Assembly: GCA_964597575.1 (NCBI GenBank)
Contig: CAZQXB010000001.1
Coordinates: 530,111-594,110 of the forward strand
DNA length: 64,000 nucleotides
Source of the DNA: an uncultured Gammaproteobacteria bacterium
GTDB taxonomy: Bacteria; Patescibacteriota; Patescibacteriia; Magasanikbacterales; UBA922
Direction of reading: 5' to 3'
This document shows positions 28,218 through 37,226 of this stretch, one piece after another. Within the stretch, counting starts at the first letter, position 1. Every line of letters starts with the position of its first letter. The translations under genes were made by a program, and so were the position numbers. The notes beneath the pieces were generated by a model. That model worked only from the letters and a program-made list of their open reading frames with translations, was not told the origin of the DNA and did not search any database.

Positions 28218-29171
28218 ATGAAAAAATCTTGGCTTATTTATTTTTTGGCAGGCCTTAGTGTAAGTTTATTTTTTTTGGCAATTTTCTTTTCTCTCTTTTC
28301 AGAGCCAAAACATATGCCATCGGCTAAGTCGTCACCTGTTGTGGTGACGATATATCCACTGCAGTATTTAGCCGAACGTCTCCTTCTCGGTGTTGCAGAA
28401 GTTCGTGGGGCCGTGCCAGCTGGGGCTGAACCGCACGACTTTGAACCGCGCCCTCAGGATGTGGCTGAACTTCTCGAGGCTCCTATAGTAATTGCGAATG
28501 GGGCACATGTCGATGGGTGGGTTTTAGGACTAAAGTCAGATATTGAAAAACGGAACCACAAACTTCTAGTTTTAGCCGACCATCTTTCTTTCTTACCGCT
28601 TCAGCACGATGAAGAGGAGTCTTCGCACGAAGAGGAAGAAGGGGATATTGATCCACATATGTGGCTTGACCCGGTTCTTATGAAGGATGCCGCTCGTCTT
28701 ATGCGCGACGATTTTAAAAATCTGTACCAAGAAAAAAGTGCAGTGATTGATATAAACTATAATCAGCTTTTGGAAGATTTAGAGCATCTCGATACTGCCT
28801 ACCGCACCCTTCTTGCAACATGCCAAACAAGAACCGCTATCGTTTCACACAATGCGTTCTCGTATATTGGAAAACGCTACAATATTGAGTTTGTCCCTAT
28901 TGCCGGAGTGTCTCCAGAAAATGAACCGTCTCCACAGCGCCTCGCCGAGGTGGCAAACATTGCTCAAGAAAAAAAAGTAACTACCATTTTTTTCGAAACT
29001 CTCGTGTCGCCTGATGTGGCAAATGTGGTTGCTAAGGAAGTTGGTGTAAAAACAGATGTCCTGAACCCGATCGAAGGGCTTACATCTCAAGATCAAAAAG
29101 AAGGAAATGATTACCTTTCGCTGATGATGAATAATGCCTACGCGCTGAAGAGCGCCCTTGTATGCCAGTAA
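28218..29171 (+). CDS. znuA: Zinc ABC transporter substrate-binding protein (ZnuA/TroA family) with a His/Asp/Glu-rich loop
   Basis: Signal/TM N-terminus. Metal-binding loop HDEEESSHEEEEGDIDPHMWLDP. Cluster-9 solute-binding-protein fold signature. Confidence 0.75.
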   Translation: MKKSWLIYFLAGLSVSLFFLAIFFSLFSEPKHMPSAKSSPVVVTIYPLQYLAERLLLGVAEVRGAVPAGAEPHDFEPRPQDVAELLEAPIVIANGAHVDGWVLGLKSDIEKRNHKLLVLADHLSFLPLQHDEEESSHEEEEGDIDPHMWLDPVLMKDAARLMRDDFKNLYQEKSAVIDINYNQLLEDLEHLDTAYRTLLATCQTRTAIVSHNAFSYIGKRYNIEFVPIAGVSPENEPSPQRLAEVANIAQEKKVTTIFFETLVSPDVANVVAKEVGVKTDVLNPIEGLTSQDQKEGNDYLSLMMNNAYALKSALVCQ

Positions 29172-29860
29172 AGCACGATAATACACAAATTATTTGCCAG
29201 AATGTTGGTTTCGCGTATCCAGGAGCAGAACCCGTTCTTCGAGATGTTAGTTTTTCTCTTGAGGCCGGAGAATATGTGGGCATCGTCGGACCAAATGGTG
29301 GAGGAAAATCAACATTGCTTCACCTACTTGCGGGTATTCTTCATCCGACAAAAGGAGATATTCGAATTTTTGGGCACTCAACGCACGATGCACATCACCA
29401 TATCGATATTGGGTTTGTTCCGCAGAGAATGGAAAATGATATTCGTATGTTTCCGGCAACCGTTGAAGAGATTGTGCAAAGCGGCCGTGTCCGCCACCAT
29501 CTCCTTCATGGAAAACATGAACATGATGATGAGGCTGCGGCAGTGGCTATTCGTCGGGTCAATATTGAGCACTTACGAAAACGTCGCATCGGCATGCTTT
29601 CCGGTGGAGAGTTTCAGCGGGTGATGATTGCGCGTGCTCTTTGTGCTGAACCAGAAATTTTACTTCTTGATGAGCCAACCGTTGGGGTAGATCGAGCAAG
29701 TCAAGAAACATTTTATTCCCTTCTTCGCACTCTTCACCAAGAACTTCATCTGACGATTTTGCTGGTTTCGCATGATATTGCACCAATCCGGAAAGATGCA
29801 ACTCGCTTTTTGACCGTCGACGGTACGGTGTATGAGGGGGAAACCGCGCATACCTCCTAA
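29162..29860 (+). CDS. znuC: Zinc ABC transporter ATP-binding protein
   Basis: GIVGPNGGGKSTLL, LSGGEFQRVMIARAL, LLLDEPTVGVD. Confidence 0.8.
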   Translation: MPVKHDNTQIICQNVGFAYPGAEPVLRDVSFSLEAGEYVGIVGPNGGGKSTLLHLLAGILHPTKGDIRIFGHSTHDAHHHIDIGFVPQRMENDIRMFPATVEEIVQSGRVRHHLLHGKHEHDDEAAAVAIRRVNIEHLRKRRIGMLSGGEFQRVMIARALCAEPEILLLDEPTVGVDRASQETFYSLLRTLHQELHLTILLVSHDIAPIRKDATRFLTVDGTVYEGETAHTS

Positions 29861-29869
29861 GCCTCTCTT

Positions 29870-30685
29870 ATGTTTTTTGATCTCTTTACCTTCGAATTCA
29901 TGCAAAGAGCATTCCTTGCGGGGTCTGTAGTTGGGCTTATTGCTCCGATCATTGGAATGTTTTTGGTGGTACGGCGGTATAGTTATTTAGCCGACACTTT
30001 AGCGCATGTTTCTCTTCTCGGCATTACTTTCGGTATTCTTTTTCGTATTCCACCCGTTGGTGCGGCGGCACTTACGACTGTCTCAGCCGCGCTTATCATT
30101 GAACATATTCGTGAGAAAGGGAAGCTATGGGGAGATTCTCTCTTATCCCTTCTTTTGTCTGGAAGTTTGGCGGTGGCTCTTGTTCTCATGAGCCTAACGA
30201 ACGCTTCGGGTATTCGAGTAACCAGTATTTTGTTTGGAAGCATTACCACACTCACTTCTTTTGATGTGGGGCTTATCGGGGTACTTGGTTTTCTCGTACT
30301 TATTATCCTTGCCTTTTTATACCATTCGCTTTTTATCATTTCTTTTCATGAAGCCTTGGCTCGCGGAGAGGGTGTCTCGGTATCTTTGGTAAATCGTGTT
30401 TTTGTTATCTTAGCTTCACTTACTGTTGCCATTTCCCTTCAAACCCTCGGGGTTCTTTTGGTCGGGGCGCTCATGACGATTCCGGTAATTACGGCGACCC
30501 TTCTTAATCGTGGATTTCGTCAAACCATGTATTGGTCGATAGCCATTTCGCTCTTGTCGGTGTGGGTGGGGTTAGTGGGTTCGTATCTTTTGAATACCCC
30601 AAGCGGTGCGTCGATCGTAACCGTTCTTCTTTGCTGCTTTGTTTCCGTCTTTCTTCTGAGAACCGTATTATTTCGGGCCCGTTGA
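29870..30685 (+). CDS. znuB: Zinc ABC transporter permease
   Basis: Polytopic membrane protein with ABC-3 permease topology, directly following znuC. Confidence 0.75.
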   Translation: MFFDLFTFEFMQRAFLAGSVVGLIAPIIGMFLVVRRYSYLADTLAHVSLLGITFGILFRIPPVGAAALTTVSAALIIEHIREKGKLWGDSLLSLLLSGSLAVALVLMSLTNASGIRVTSILFGSITTLTSFDVGLIGVLGFLVLIILAFLYHSLFIISFHEALARGEGVSVSLVNRVFVILASLTVAISLQTLGVLLVGALMTIPVITATLLNRGFRQTMYWSIAISLLSVWVGLVGSYLLNTPSGASIVTVLLCCFVSVFLLRTVLFRAR

Positions 30686-30753
30686 CGTGGTGTACGCCCC
30701 AAGGTAAACTACCTGTACCCCCTAAACCGTGGGGAAATTTTTATCATGTATAT

Positions 30754-31464
30754 ATGAAACACATCTCCTCTCTTTTGCTTGTGGTGGCTGTGGTTGTTAC
30801 TATGGGTGCAGGCTGTTTTAAAAAGGCTGCGACTCCTACTCCAACGACTCCAACGCCAATGCCATCAGAAATGCCTGCGCCAACACCATCAACCAGTATG
30901 GAAGATGATGCAACTTTGGCTGCGAGCATGGTATTTGAAGTTGATACTACGAAAAGCAGCTTAGAATGGTACGGTGCAAAAAAAGTAGGAGGTAACCACC
31001 GTGGAACGATTGGTATTAAGGTAGGTGAGGTGGCGGTGAAGGACGGAATGCCTCTTTCTGGAGCGCTTACGGTCGACATGGCAACAATCGCGACAACTGA
31101 CCAGAAAGCTGGGGACGCGTTGAATAAACATTTAAAATCGCCTGATTTTTTTGATGTAGAAAAGTACCCAACCGCATCTTTTCAATTGAAAGGGGTACAA
31201 AAAATTGCTGGAACAACAAATGAGTACACAGTTACAGGAGATCTCACAATGAAAGGAATTACGAATAGCATTACTTTTCCTGCGACAATTACCGGAAGTG
31301 ATGCAGGGTACACCGCAAATGCTGTTGTAAAAATTGATCGAACGAAATGGGATGTTCGCTTTGGCTCTGGAAAATTCTTTGACTCTCTTGGAGACGCCGT
31401 TATTAACGATGAGTTTGAACTTACCATTAAATTGGTCACCAAAGCAGGACAAGAGGTGAAATAG
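30754..31464 (+). CDS. YceI-family lipoprotein
   Basis: Start moved to MKHISSLLLVVAVVVTMGAGC (signal peptide with lipobox Cys), followed by a Thr/Pro linker. The YceI-like domain reads LEWYGAKKVGGNHRGTIG...FPATITG. Confidence 0.65.
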   Translation: MKHISSLLLVVAVVVTMGAGCFKKAATPTPTTPTPMPSEMPAPTPSTSMEDDATLAASMVFEVDTTKSSLEWYGAKKVGGNHRGTIGIKVGEVAVKDGMPLSGALTVDMATIATTDQKAGDALNKHLKSPDFFDVEKYPTASFQLKGVQKIAGTTNEYTVTGDLTMKGITNSITFPATITGSDAGYTANAVVKIDRTKWDVRFGSGKFFDSLGDAVINDEFELTIKLVTKAGQEVK

Positions 31465-31477
31465 TTTTATTCTTCAC

Positions 31478-31987
31478 GTGCGAATTATGGATGACGTTAA
31501 ACCACGGGCCAGCCAACGGGATATTTTCTGGCACCTTCTTGGCATGGGGACACTCTACGCAAGTGCCATTGCTCTTACCACAGTACTCTTTCAGATCGTG
31601 AATATTTTAGTACCTGACCCTATTATTGCGGGCGGGGGCTACGGGTACGTGGTAGAGGGGGCGAAGACACTTCTCCGGAACGCCATCTCGTTTTTAGTGG
31701 TCATGTTTCCTGTCTGTGCGTATGCGTTAAAACAAATTAACGAAAGTTACGCCAATGATCCGATGAAACACGACCTGCGTATTCGGAAAACAATTATTTA
31801 CTTTACACTTTTCGTCGTGTCATTCATCATCATGTTTACCCTTGCGTTTTTGTTGAATAAGTTTTTGGCTGGAGAGCTCACCGCGCGCTTTTTCCTTAAA
31901 CTTCTCTCTACGCTTGTTGTGGCCGGAAGTGTTTTTGGGTATTACCGTTGGGACTTGCGTCGATTTGATGCACCTAAAAAAGCCTAA
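31478..31987 (+). CDS. Integral membrane protein, hypothetical
   Basis: 169-aa ORF with 4 hydrophobic helices. Confidence 0.35.
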   Translation: MRIMDDVKPRASQRDIFWHLLGMGTLYASAIALTTVLFQIVNILVPDPIIAGGGYGYVVEGAKTLLRNAISFLVVMFPVCAYALKQINESYANDPMKHDLRIRKTIIYFTLFVVSFIIMFTLAFLLNKFLAGELTARFFLKLLSTLVVAGSVFGYYRWDLRRFDAPKKA

Positions 31988-31997
31988 CCCTTCCTCT

Positions 31998-32528
31998 ATG
32001 CAGCAGATGAAATGGTTTTCGTTTGTGGTTATTGCCATAGTGGTGGCATCGGTTATTGGGGGGTTAGTTTTAGTAGGGTCTCCCCGTGAAGCCCGTGCCC
32101 GCGCAGCGGATAATATTCGCACATCACAATTAAGCATTTTGCAGTACGATATTGCTGAATTTTGGCGACAAGAAAAAACATTGCCAGAAAATTTAGCCTT
32201 ACTTCGCCCAATCGAGGGTGAGGCTGGTTTACCAAAAGATCCTACTACTGGTGCACAATTTGGATACAGCGTGGTTAATACGTCTACATTCCGTTTGTGT
32301 GCCACATTCGAAACAGAATCGATTTCAGAAGAATCCATGTATTACCCACGTATGGGCACTGAGTTTAGTGGCCCTTTCATTGGGAATGAACAGGAATGGA
32401 AACATGGAGTAGGGGAAACGTGTTTTGAGCGCCGTATTAATGATGCTTATTACCGAGAACTGGAAAAGAATGTTTCTGTGACAACTGCCGAAGTGGCTGA
32501 AAAATCAGCCCGTATTATAGCTCAATAA
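31998..32528 (+). CDS. Hypothetical protein with N-terminal TM anchor
   Basis: Start moved to MQQMKWFSFVVIAIVV, downstream of the previous stop at 31987. Single TM helix, then a soluble domain. Confidence 0.35.
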   Translation: MQQMKWFSFVVIAIVVASVIGGLVLVGSPREARARAADNIRTSQLSILQYDIAEFWRQEKTLPENLALLRPIEGEAGLPKDPTTGAQFGYSVVNTSTFRLCATFETESISEESMYYPRMGTEFSGPFIGNEQEWKHGVGETCFERRINDAYYRELEKNVSVTTAEVAEKSARIIAQ

Positions 32529-32537
32529 AAAATACGT

Positions 32538-33389
32538 ATGCCGATTATTGGCGCGCATGTTTCTGTTGCAGGAGGGTGGTATAAGTGTTTTGAAAATGCA
32601 CAGGCCATTGGAGCCGAGGCGATGCAGATTTTTGGTGCATCTCCGCGACAATGGAGTGCGCGCCAACCCAACAAAGAAGATATTGCTGCGTATAAAGCGG
32701 CAGAGAAAGCAACGGGTCTTGGGCCTGTTTTTCTTCATGCCGCTTATTTGGTGAACCTTGGCTCGCCGAATTCTTTGTTGTATACAAAATCGGTCGACAG
32801 TTTAGTGGCACATTTGTCCATTGCCGAGGCGCTCGGAGCGAAAGGGCTCATTTATCATGTTGGTTCAGCGAAGGGGCATGACCGTACGAAAAGCATTGCT
32901 CAGGCGGTAAAAGGAATGAAAGAAGTGCTTAAAAAAGTACCGGGGGAAAGCTTACTCATTATAGAAAATGCGGCGGGTGGAGGAGATAAGCTTGGTGCCA
33001 CTATTGAGGAATTGGGGATTCTTTTTCGTGGAGTAGATCATCCACGCGTGAAAATTTGTTTAGACACGCAACATTTGTTTGCCGCCGGAACCATGCCAAA
33101 TTATAGTGAAAAAGAGGTGACAAGCTTGGCCAAAAAGATTGAAAAGGAAATTGGTTTTGAGCATATTGTTTCCCTTCATTTAAACGATTCAAAAACCGAG
33201 TGCGGTTCTTTGCATGATCGACATGAGAATATCGGCGAGGGTCATATCGGGAAGGCTGGTTTTGTTGCACTCGCCAAGAATAAGCAGTTTGCAAATCTGC
33301 CATGGCTCCTTGAGGTACCTGGGTTTGATGAAATGGGGCCAGATAAAAAGAATGTGGATATTGTGAAGCGTATCGTTCAATCGGTATGA
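32538..33389 (+). CDS. nfo: Endonuclease IV (AP endonuclease family 2, TIM barrel)
   Basis: MPIIGAHVSVAGG N-terminus, the HAAYLVNLGSP motif and an HLNDSK...HDRHENIGEG metal-binding region. Confidence 0.85.
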   Translation: MPIIGAHVSVAGGWYKCFENAQAIGAEAMQIFGASPRQWSARQPNKEDIAAYKAAEKATGLGPVFLHAAYLVNLGSPNSLLYTKSVDSLVAHLSIAEALGAKGLIYHVGSAKGHDRTKSIAQAVKGMKEVLKKVPGESLLIIENAAGGGDKLGATIEELGILFRGVDHPRVKICLDTQHLFAAGTMPNYSEKEVTSLAKKIEKEIGFEHIVSLHLNDSKTECGSLHDRHENIGEGHIGKAGFVALAKNKQFANLPWLLEVPGFDEMGPDKKNVDIVKRIVQSV

Positions 33390-34462
33390 AGGTCTTTTTT
33401 TCAGGAGGTGGAACCCTGGGGCCAGTAACCCCTCTTTTGGCTATTGCTGAAACAATCCGTGAGGCACATGGTGACGCGGAATTTTTTTGGGTTGGAGAAA
33501 AAAATGGACCAGAAAAAGAATTAGTGGCTACGGCCGGTTTTACCCCTCTTGTTATTCACGCAGGGAAACTTCGCCGTTACTGGTCAATTGCAAATATAAA
33601 AGATATTGTTCATGTTTTTTTTGGGTTCTGCCAGTCGCTGCATCATGTGTGGAAAGAAAACCCTGATGTGTGTATTTCTGCTGGTGGCTTTGTGTCGGTC
33701 CCTCTTCATTTCGCCGCTTGGGTGCTTGGGGTACCAACGTGGATTCATCAGCAGGATGTGCAGGTAGGTTTGGCAAATCGACTCATGACTCCGATTGCCA
33801 AAAAAATTACAACCGCTCTCGCTGAAACAGTAAAAAAATTCCCGGCTCGAAAAACCATGTGGCTCGGGAATCCTATTCGCGAAGATGTGTATGCCGGTGA
33901 TCGAGTTCGTGCCTTGAAACGTTTTGGTTTATCGGGAACCCTTCCTGTCGTTTTTGTGACGGGTGGGGGAACAGGATCAGCTCGGGTGAATGAACTGACC
34001 GTGGGCGCCATGCAGCATTTGGTGAAACAAATTGAGATTATTCATGTGTATGGTCGTGAGCGTCCTGCTGATGCAGTGCTTCAGGCCGCGAAGATGTTTG
34101 CGCCTTTTTACCACTCCTACCCTTTTTTTACCGAAGAGATGAAAGATGCCTATGCGGTGGCTGATGTCGTTGTGTCTCGGGGAGGGTTTGGAACACTTTC
34201 TGAATTAGCAGCACTTCAGAAGCCGGCTGTACTTATCCCAAAACCAGGACACCAAGAAGATAATGTTGCCATTCTTGCAAAAGCCGAAGCCGTGGTGTTG
34301 GTCGATGAACGCACGACAAGTGGGCTTCACCTTGCTCAAATTATTCGTGGACTCTGTGACAGAAAGGATGTTCGTGCCCTTATGGCTTCGCGTTTGCATT
34401 CTCTCTTGCCTCCGGCAAAGAAAGAGAAGATTCTCGAGGTGCTTGAAGAGGCTGTGGGATAG
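33386..34462 (+). CDS. murG: MurG-like glycosyltransferase (lipid II synthesis)
   Basis: MKVFFSGGGTLGPVTP N-terminal G-loop, a GT28 N-domain and a C-domain with GGFGTLSELAA. Confidence 0.8.
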   Translation: MKVFFSGGGTLGPVTPLLAIAETIREAHGDAEFFWVGEKNGPEKELVATAGFTPLVIHAGKLRRYWSIANIKDIVHVFFGFCQSLHHVWKENPDVCISAGGFVSVPLHFAAWVLGVPTWIHQQDVQVGLANRLMTPIAKKITTALAETVKKFPARKTMWLGNPIREDVYAGDRVRALKRFGLSGTLPVVFVTGGGTGSARVNELTVGAMQHLVKQIEIIHVYGRERPADAVLQAAKMFAPFYHSYPFFTEEMKDAYAVADVVVSRGGFGTLSELAALQKPAVLIPKPGHQEDNVAILAKAEAVVLVDERTTSGLHLAQIIRGLCDRKDVRALMASRLHSLLPPAKKEKILEVLEEAVG

Positions 34463-34968
34463 TATTGACAGGGTCGAGAGATCCAGGTATCATCTTCCTG
34501 CGTGAACGGTTTGATCGTCTTTAGATGAGATCGTGTCATGCACCGCGCCTCTTTGAGAGGTTGGGTGAAAAAGCTGCAACGGAACAGCAGTTCTCTCGCT
34601 CGTCCATCGCTGAAGCGTGGTCGAAAATTGAAAATCGAATAGCGCCTCCTCGAGAGGCATCCAAAAAAATAAGCTGGGTGGATACACCCTTCTGAAAGTC
34701 CTCGGCAATTTGCGAGGGCAGAGTTCAACAGATCAATGGGTGGGGTTCGCAAACATGAGGCACAAAACCCCAGAGAAGTTCAAAAGACGTGCATATCCTT
34801 TGGTACCATGGAATGTCATGTTTGAGAGCAACTCCGGGGGCAGCATGCGAGCCGCCCCACCCACCCCCCTTCCTTCCGCGTTAAGCGGTTTTTGTTTTTT
34901 ATGGAATGATTGGACAAATTTGTGAGAGTCCAGATACAATAATACTCACTGAATACGTATTTTTGTAT

Positions 34969-35529
34969 ATGAATGTAATTCCTACTTCAATTGAAGGTCT
35001 TCTCATAATAGAACCTAAGGCATTTGCTGATGAACGAGGCTTCTTCATGGAAACCTACAGTGCTGCTCGCTATAAAGCTGCAGGTATTTTACCCGACCTT
35101 ATTCACGACACGCTTTCCGTTTCAAAAAAGGGTGTACTCCGCGGGCTTCATTTTCAGCTTGAACCCATGTCACAGGGGAAGTTGGTGCAAGTGCTCCGTG
35201 GAAGTGTGAAAGACGTCGCGGTCGACCTTCGTTTTGGTTCCCCAACGTTTGGACAGCATGTGATGGTCGAACTTTCAGCTGAAAACAAAAAACAATTTTG
35301 GGTTCCTGCCGGCTTTGCCCACGGTTTTTTGTCTCTCGAGGATGACACTGTATTTGTCTATAAATGCACGAACGTTTATTCCAAAGAACACGAAAGAGGG
35401 CTCCGTTTTAATGATCCAGCACTCGGAATCAACTGGGGGATTGAAAATCCGATCGTTTCTGAAAAAGACGTGGTCCAACCTCTCCTTAGCGAAATAAAAG
35501 AAGCCTTTACTTATCCGTCAGAGGCGTAA
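34969..35529 (+). CDS. rmlC: dTDP-4-dehydrorhamnose 3,5-epimerase (cupin)
   Basis: Start at MNVIPTSIEGLLIIEPK. The motifs RGLHFQ and FWVPAGFAHGF are conserved. Confidence 0.85.
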   Translation: MNVIPTSIEGLLIIEPKAFADERGFFMETYSAARYKAAGILPDLIHDTLSVSKKGVLRGLHFQLEPMSQGKLVQVLRGSVKDVAVDLRFGSPTFGQHVMVELSAENKKQFWVPAGFAHGFLSLEDDTVFVYKCTNVYSKEHERGLRFNDPALGINWGIENPIVSEKDVVQPLLSEIKEAFTYPSEA

Positions 35530-35537
35530 ATACTGCT

Positions 35538-36440
35538 ATGAGCAAAAAAGTTATTATCTTAGGAAGCAAAGGAATGCTTGGACAAGAACTCGCTCAGGTA
35601 TTTTTGAAGGATGCATCCTATGAAACCCTTGCTTGGGATAAGGAAGAAATGGACGCTACAGATTTCTCTTCTCTCGGAAAACGTTTTCAGGAAGAAAAGC
35701 CAGAATATGTCGTAAACGCGATTGCGTATAATGCGGTAGATAAGTGCGAGGAGAGTCAAGACGAATTTGCTATAGCGCTTCGTTTAAATAGAGACTTGCC
35801 AGAATTTTTAGCAAACATGAGTAGAGAGAATGGATTTACATTAGTGCATTATTCTACAGACTATGTTTTTCCGGGCAGTGCCCACGACTGCGAGTTGTTA
35901 AGGAGAGAGAAGAGAGCTCATGGCTATGCCGAAGATGCTGAGCCACAACCGATATCCAAATATGGGGAAAGTAAACTTCTCGGGGAGGTGGCGGTAAAGA
36001 AGGGCGCTGAAAAGTGTTATATTATTCGATTGTCAAAATTATTTGGAAAACCTGCATCGTCAGCCGGTGCTAAGAGAAGTTTTTTTGACGTAATGCTTGA
36101 GGTGGGTCAGACAAAACCTGACGTTCAGGTGGTCGATAGCGAACGCGGGTCGTTTACCTATGCTCCAGATCTTGCGCTTGCGAGTAAACAGCTTCTTCAG
36201 TCGGGGATGAGCTTTGGAATCTATCACTTAGTAAATGAAGGTTCTGCCACCTGGTATGAGGCCGTTAAGGAGCTGTATCAATTGGCCGGTATGCAAACAA
36301 AAATCACCCCTGTTTCAGGGGATGCATTTCCACGTCCGGCGAAGCGTCCGGTGTGCTCTGTACTTATCAATTCAAAATTTCCCCCTCTTCGACCGTATCA
36401 GGATGCGCTCCAGGAATATATTACTCAGATACGAAACTAG
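35538..36440 (+). CDS. rmlD: dTDP-4-dehydrorhamnose reductase
   Basis: IILGSKGMLGQEL Rossmann N-terminus and a YSTDYVF catalytic Tyr region. Confidence 0.8.
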   Translation: MSKKVIILGSKGMLGQELAQVFLKDASYETLAWDKEEMDATDFSSLGKRFQEEKPEYVVNAIAYNAVDKCEESQDEFAIALRLNRDLPEFLANMSRENGFTLVHYSTDYVFPGSAHDCELLRREKRAHGYAEDAEPQPISKYGESKLLGEVAVKKGAEKCYIIRLSKLFGKPASSAGAKRSFFDVMLEVGQTKPDVQVVDSERGSFTYAPDLALASKQLLQSGMSFGIYHLVNEGSATWYEAVKELYQLAGMQTKITPVSGDAFPRPAKRPVCSVLINSKFPPLRPYQDALQEYITQIRN

Positions 36441-36498
36441 CTTTACCCCGAAGTTCGAAAAAACAAAAATAACCGGTTGAATCGGTTATTTTTGATAT

Positions 36499-36574
36499 TG
36501 GTGACCCGGGCGGGGTTCGAACCCGCGACCTTGGGCTTAAAAGGCCCCTGCTCTACCAGCTGAGCTACCAGGTC
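36499..36574 (-). tRNA. tRNA-Lys (anticodon UUU), 76 nt with encoded CCA
   Basis: The reverse complement folds as a cloverleaf. Acceptor GACCUGG/CCGGGUC, D-arm GCUC/GAGC, anticodon loop CUUUUAA, T-arm GCGGG-UUCGAAC-CCCGC. Confidence 0.9.
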
Positions 36575-36593
36575 ATAGGCAAAATTTGCATAT

Positions 36594-37208
36594 ATGATAT
36601 ACTTAAAAATACTTCTTGTCAAGAACAAATATATGGCCCTTTCTCTAGCATACTTAGGTAAAATTCGAACCCGGCTTCACACCTATGCCGCCATGCGTCG
36701 GGAGATTATAAATAGTGCAAATACTGCGCTTCATCGTGTAAAGCGAGCGATTTTTGCGGCCCACCGAAACGACGTGTCGGAGGCAGAAGCGATTATTGTC
36801 GAAGTGGAGCATGCCTTTAAGGCCATTGAAAAGACCTACCGAAAGAACAGAGAGGTATTAGATGAAGGTGCCTATCGGGCAGCTCTTGAGGAATATGTTG
36901 AGGCAAAATTATTTACGCAATTTGTAGCTCAAAAAGCATTTGGTGGTCTTTCAAAAATGGAAGTGCCGGACGATGTCTATGTTGCCGGTTTATGCGATGT
37001 GCCAGGAGAACTATACCGGTATGCACTTCGGAAAGCGACAGAAAGACAAGATGCTGAAGTACTTCGAGCTGCGGAACTTGCCCGGGCAATTATGGAAGAA
37101 TTGGCATCGTTTGATCTCACCAGTTATTTGCGTACGAAAAATGATCAGGCCAAGCAAGCATTCCATCGGTTAGAAGAGGTAGTGTACGACATCTCATTTC
37201 GTTCGTAA
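36594..37208 (+). CDS. Translin-family protein (tentative)
   Basis: All-helical 204-aa protein. The C-terminal motif DDVYVAGLCDVPGELYRYALRKA resembles the translin signature (YxxGxxDxxGELxR). The true start may be the internal Met at 36633. Confidence 0.4.
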   Translation: MIYLKILLVKNKYMALSLAYLGKIRTRLHTYAAMRREIINSANTALHRVKRAIFAAHRNDVSEAEAIIVEVEHAFKAIEKTYRKNREVLDEGAYRAALEEYVEAKLFTQFVAQKAFGGLSKMEVPDDVYVAGLCDVPGELYRYALRKATERQDAEVLRAAELARAIMEELASFDLTSYLRTKNDQAKQAFHRLEEVVYDISFRS

Positions 37209-37226
37209 AAGTCCTTCATAAGGCAT

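Noticed and set aside
34336-34752. 138-aa minus-strand ORF in the murG-rmlC gap
   Set aside because: It overlaps the 3-prime end of murG, has a Cys/Arg-rich low-complexity translation with no motif, and is oriented against its neighbours.
34463-34968. Calling this region a canonical RNase P RNA gene (rnpB)
   Set aside because: The CR-I-like GAAAGUCC motif and the GGGUGAAA motif are in the wrong relative order for bacterial type A or type B RNase P RNA, and no CR-V/P4 3-prime strand could be found. It is kept only as an unexplained candidate structured region.
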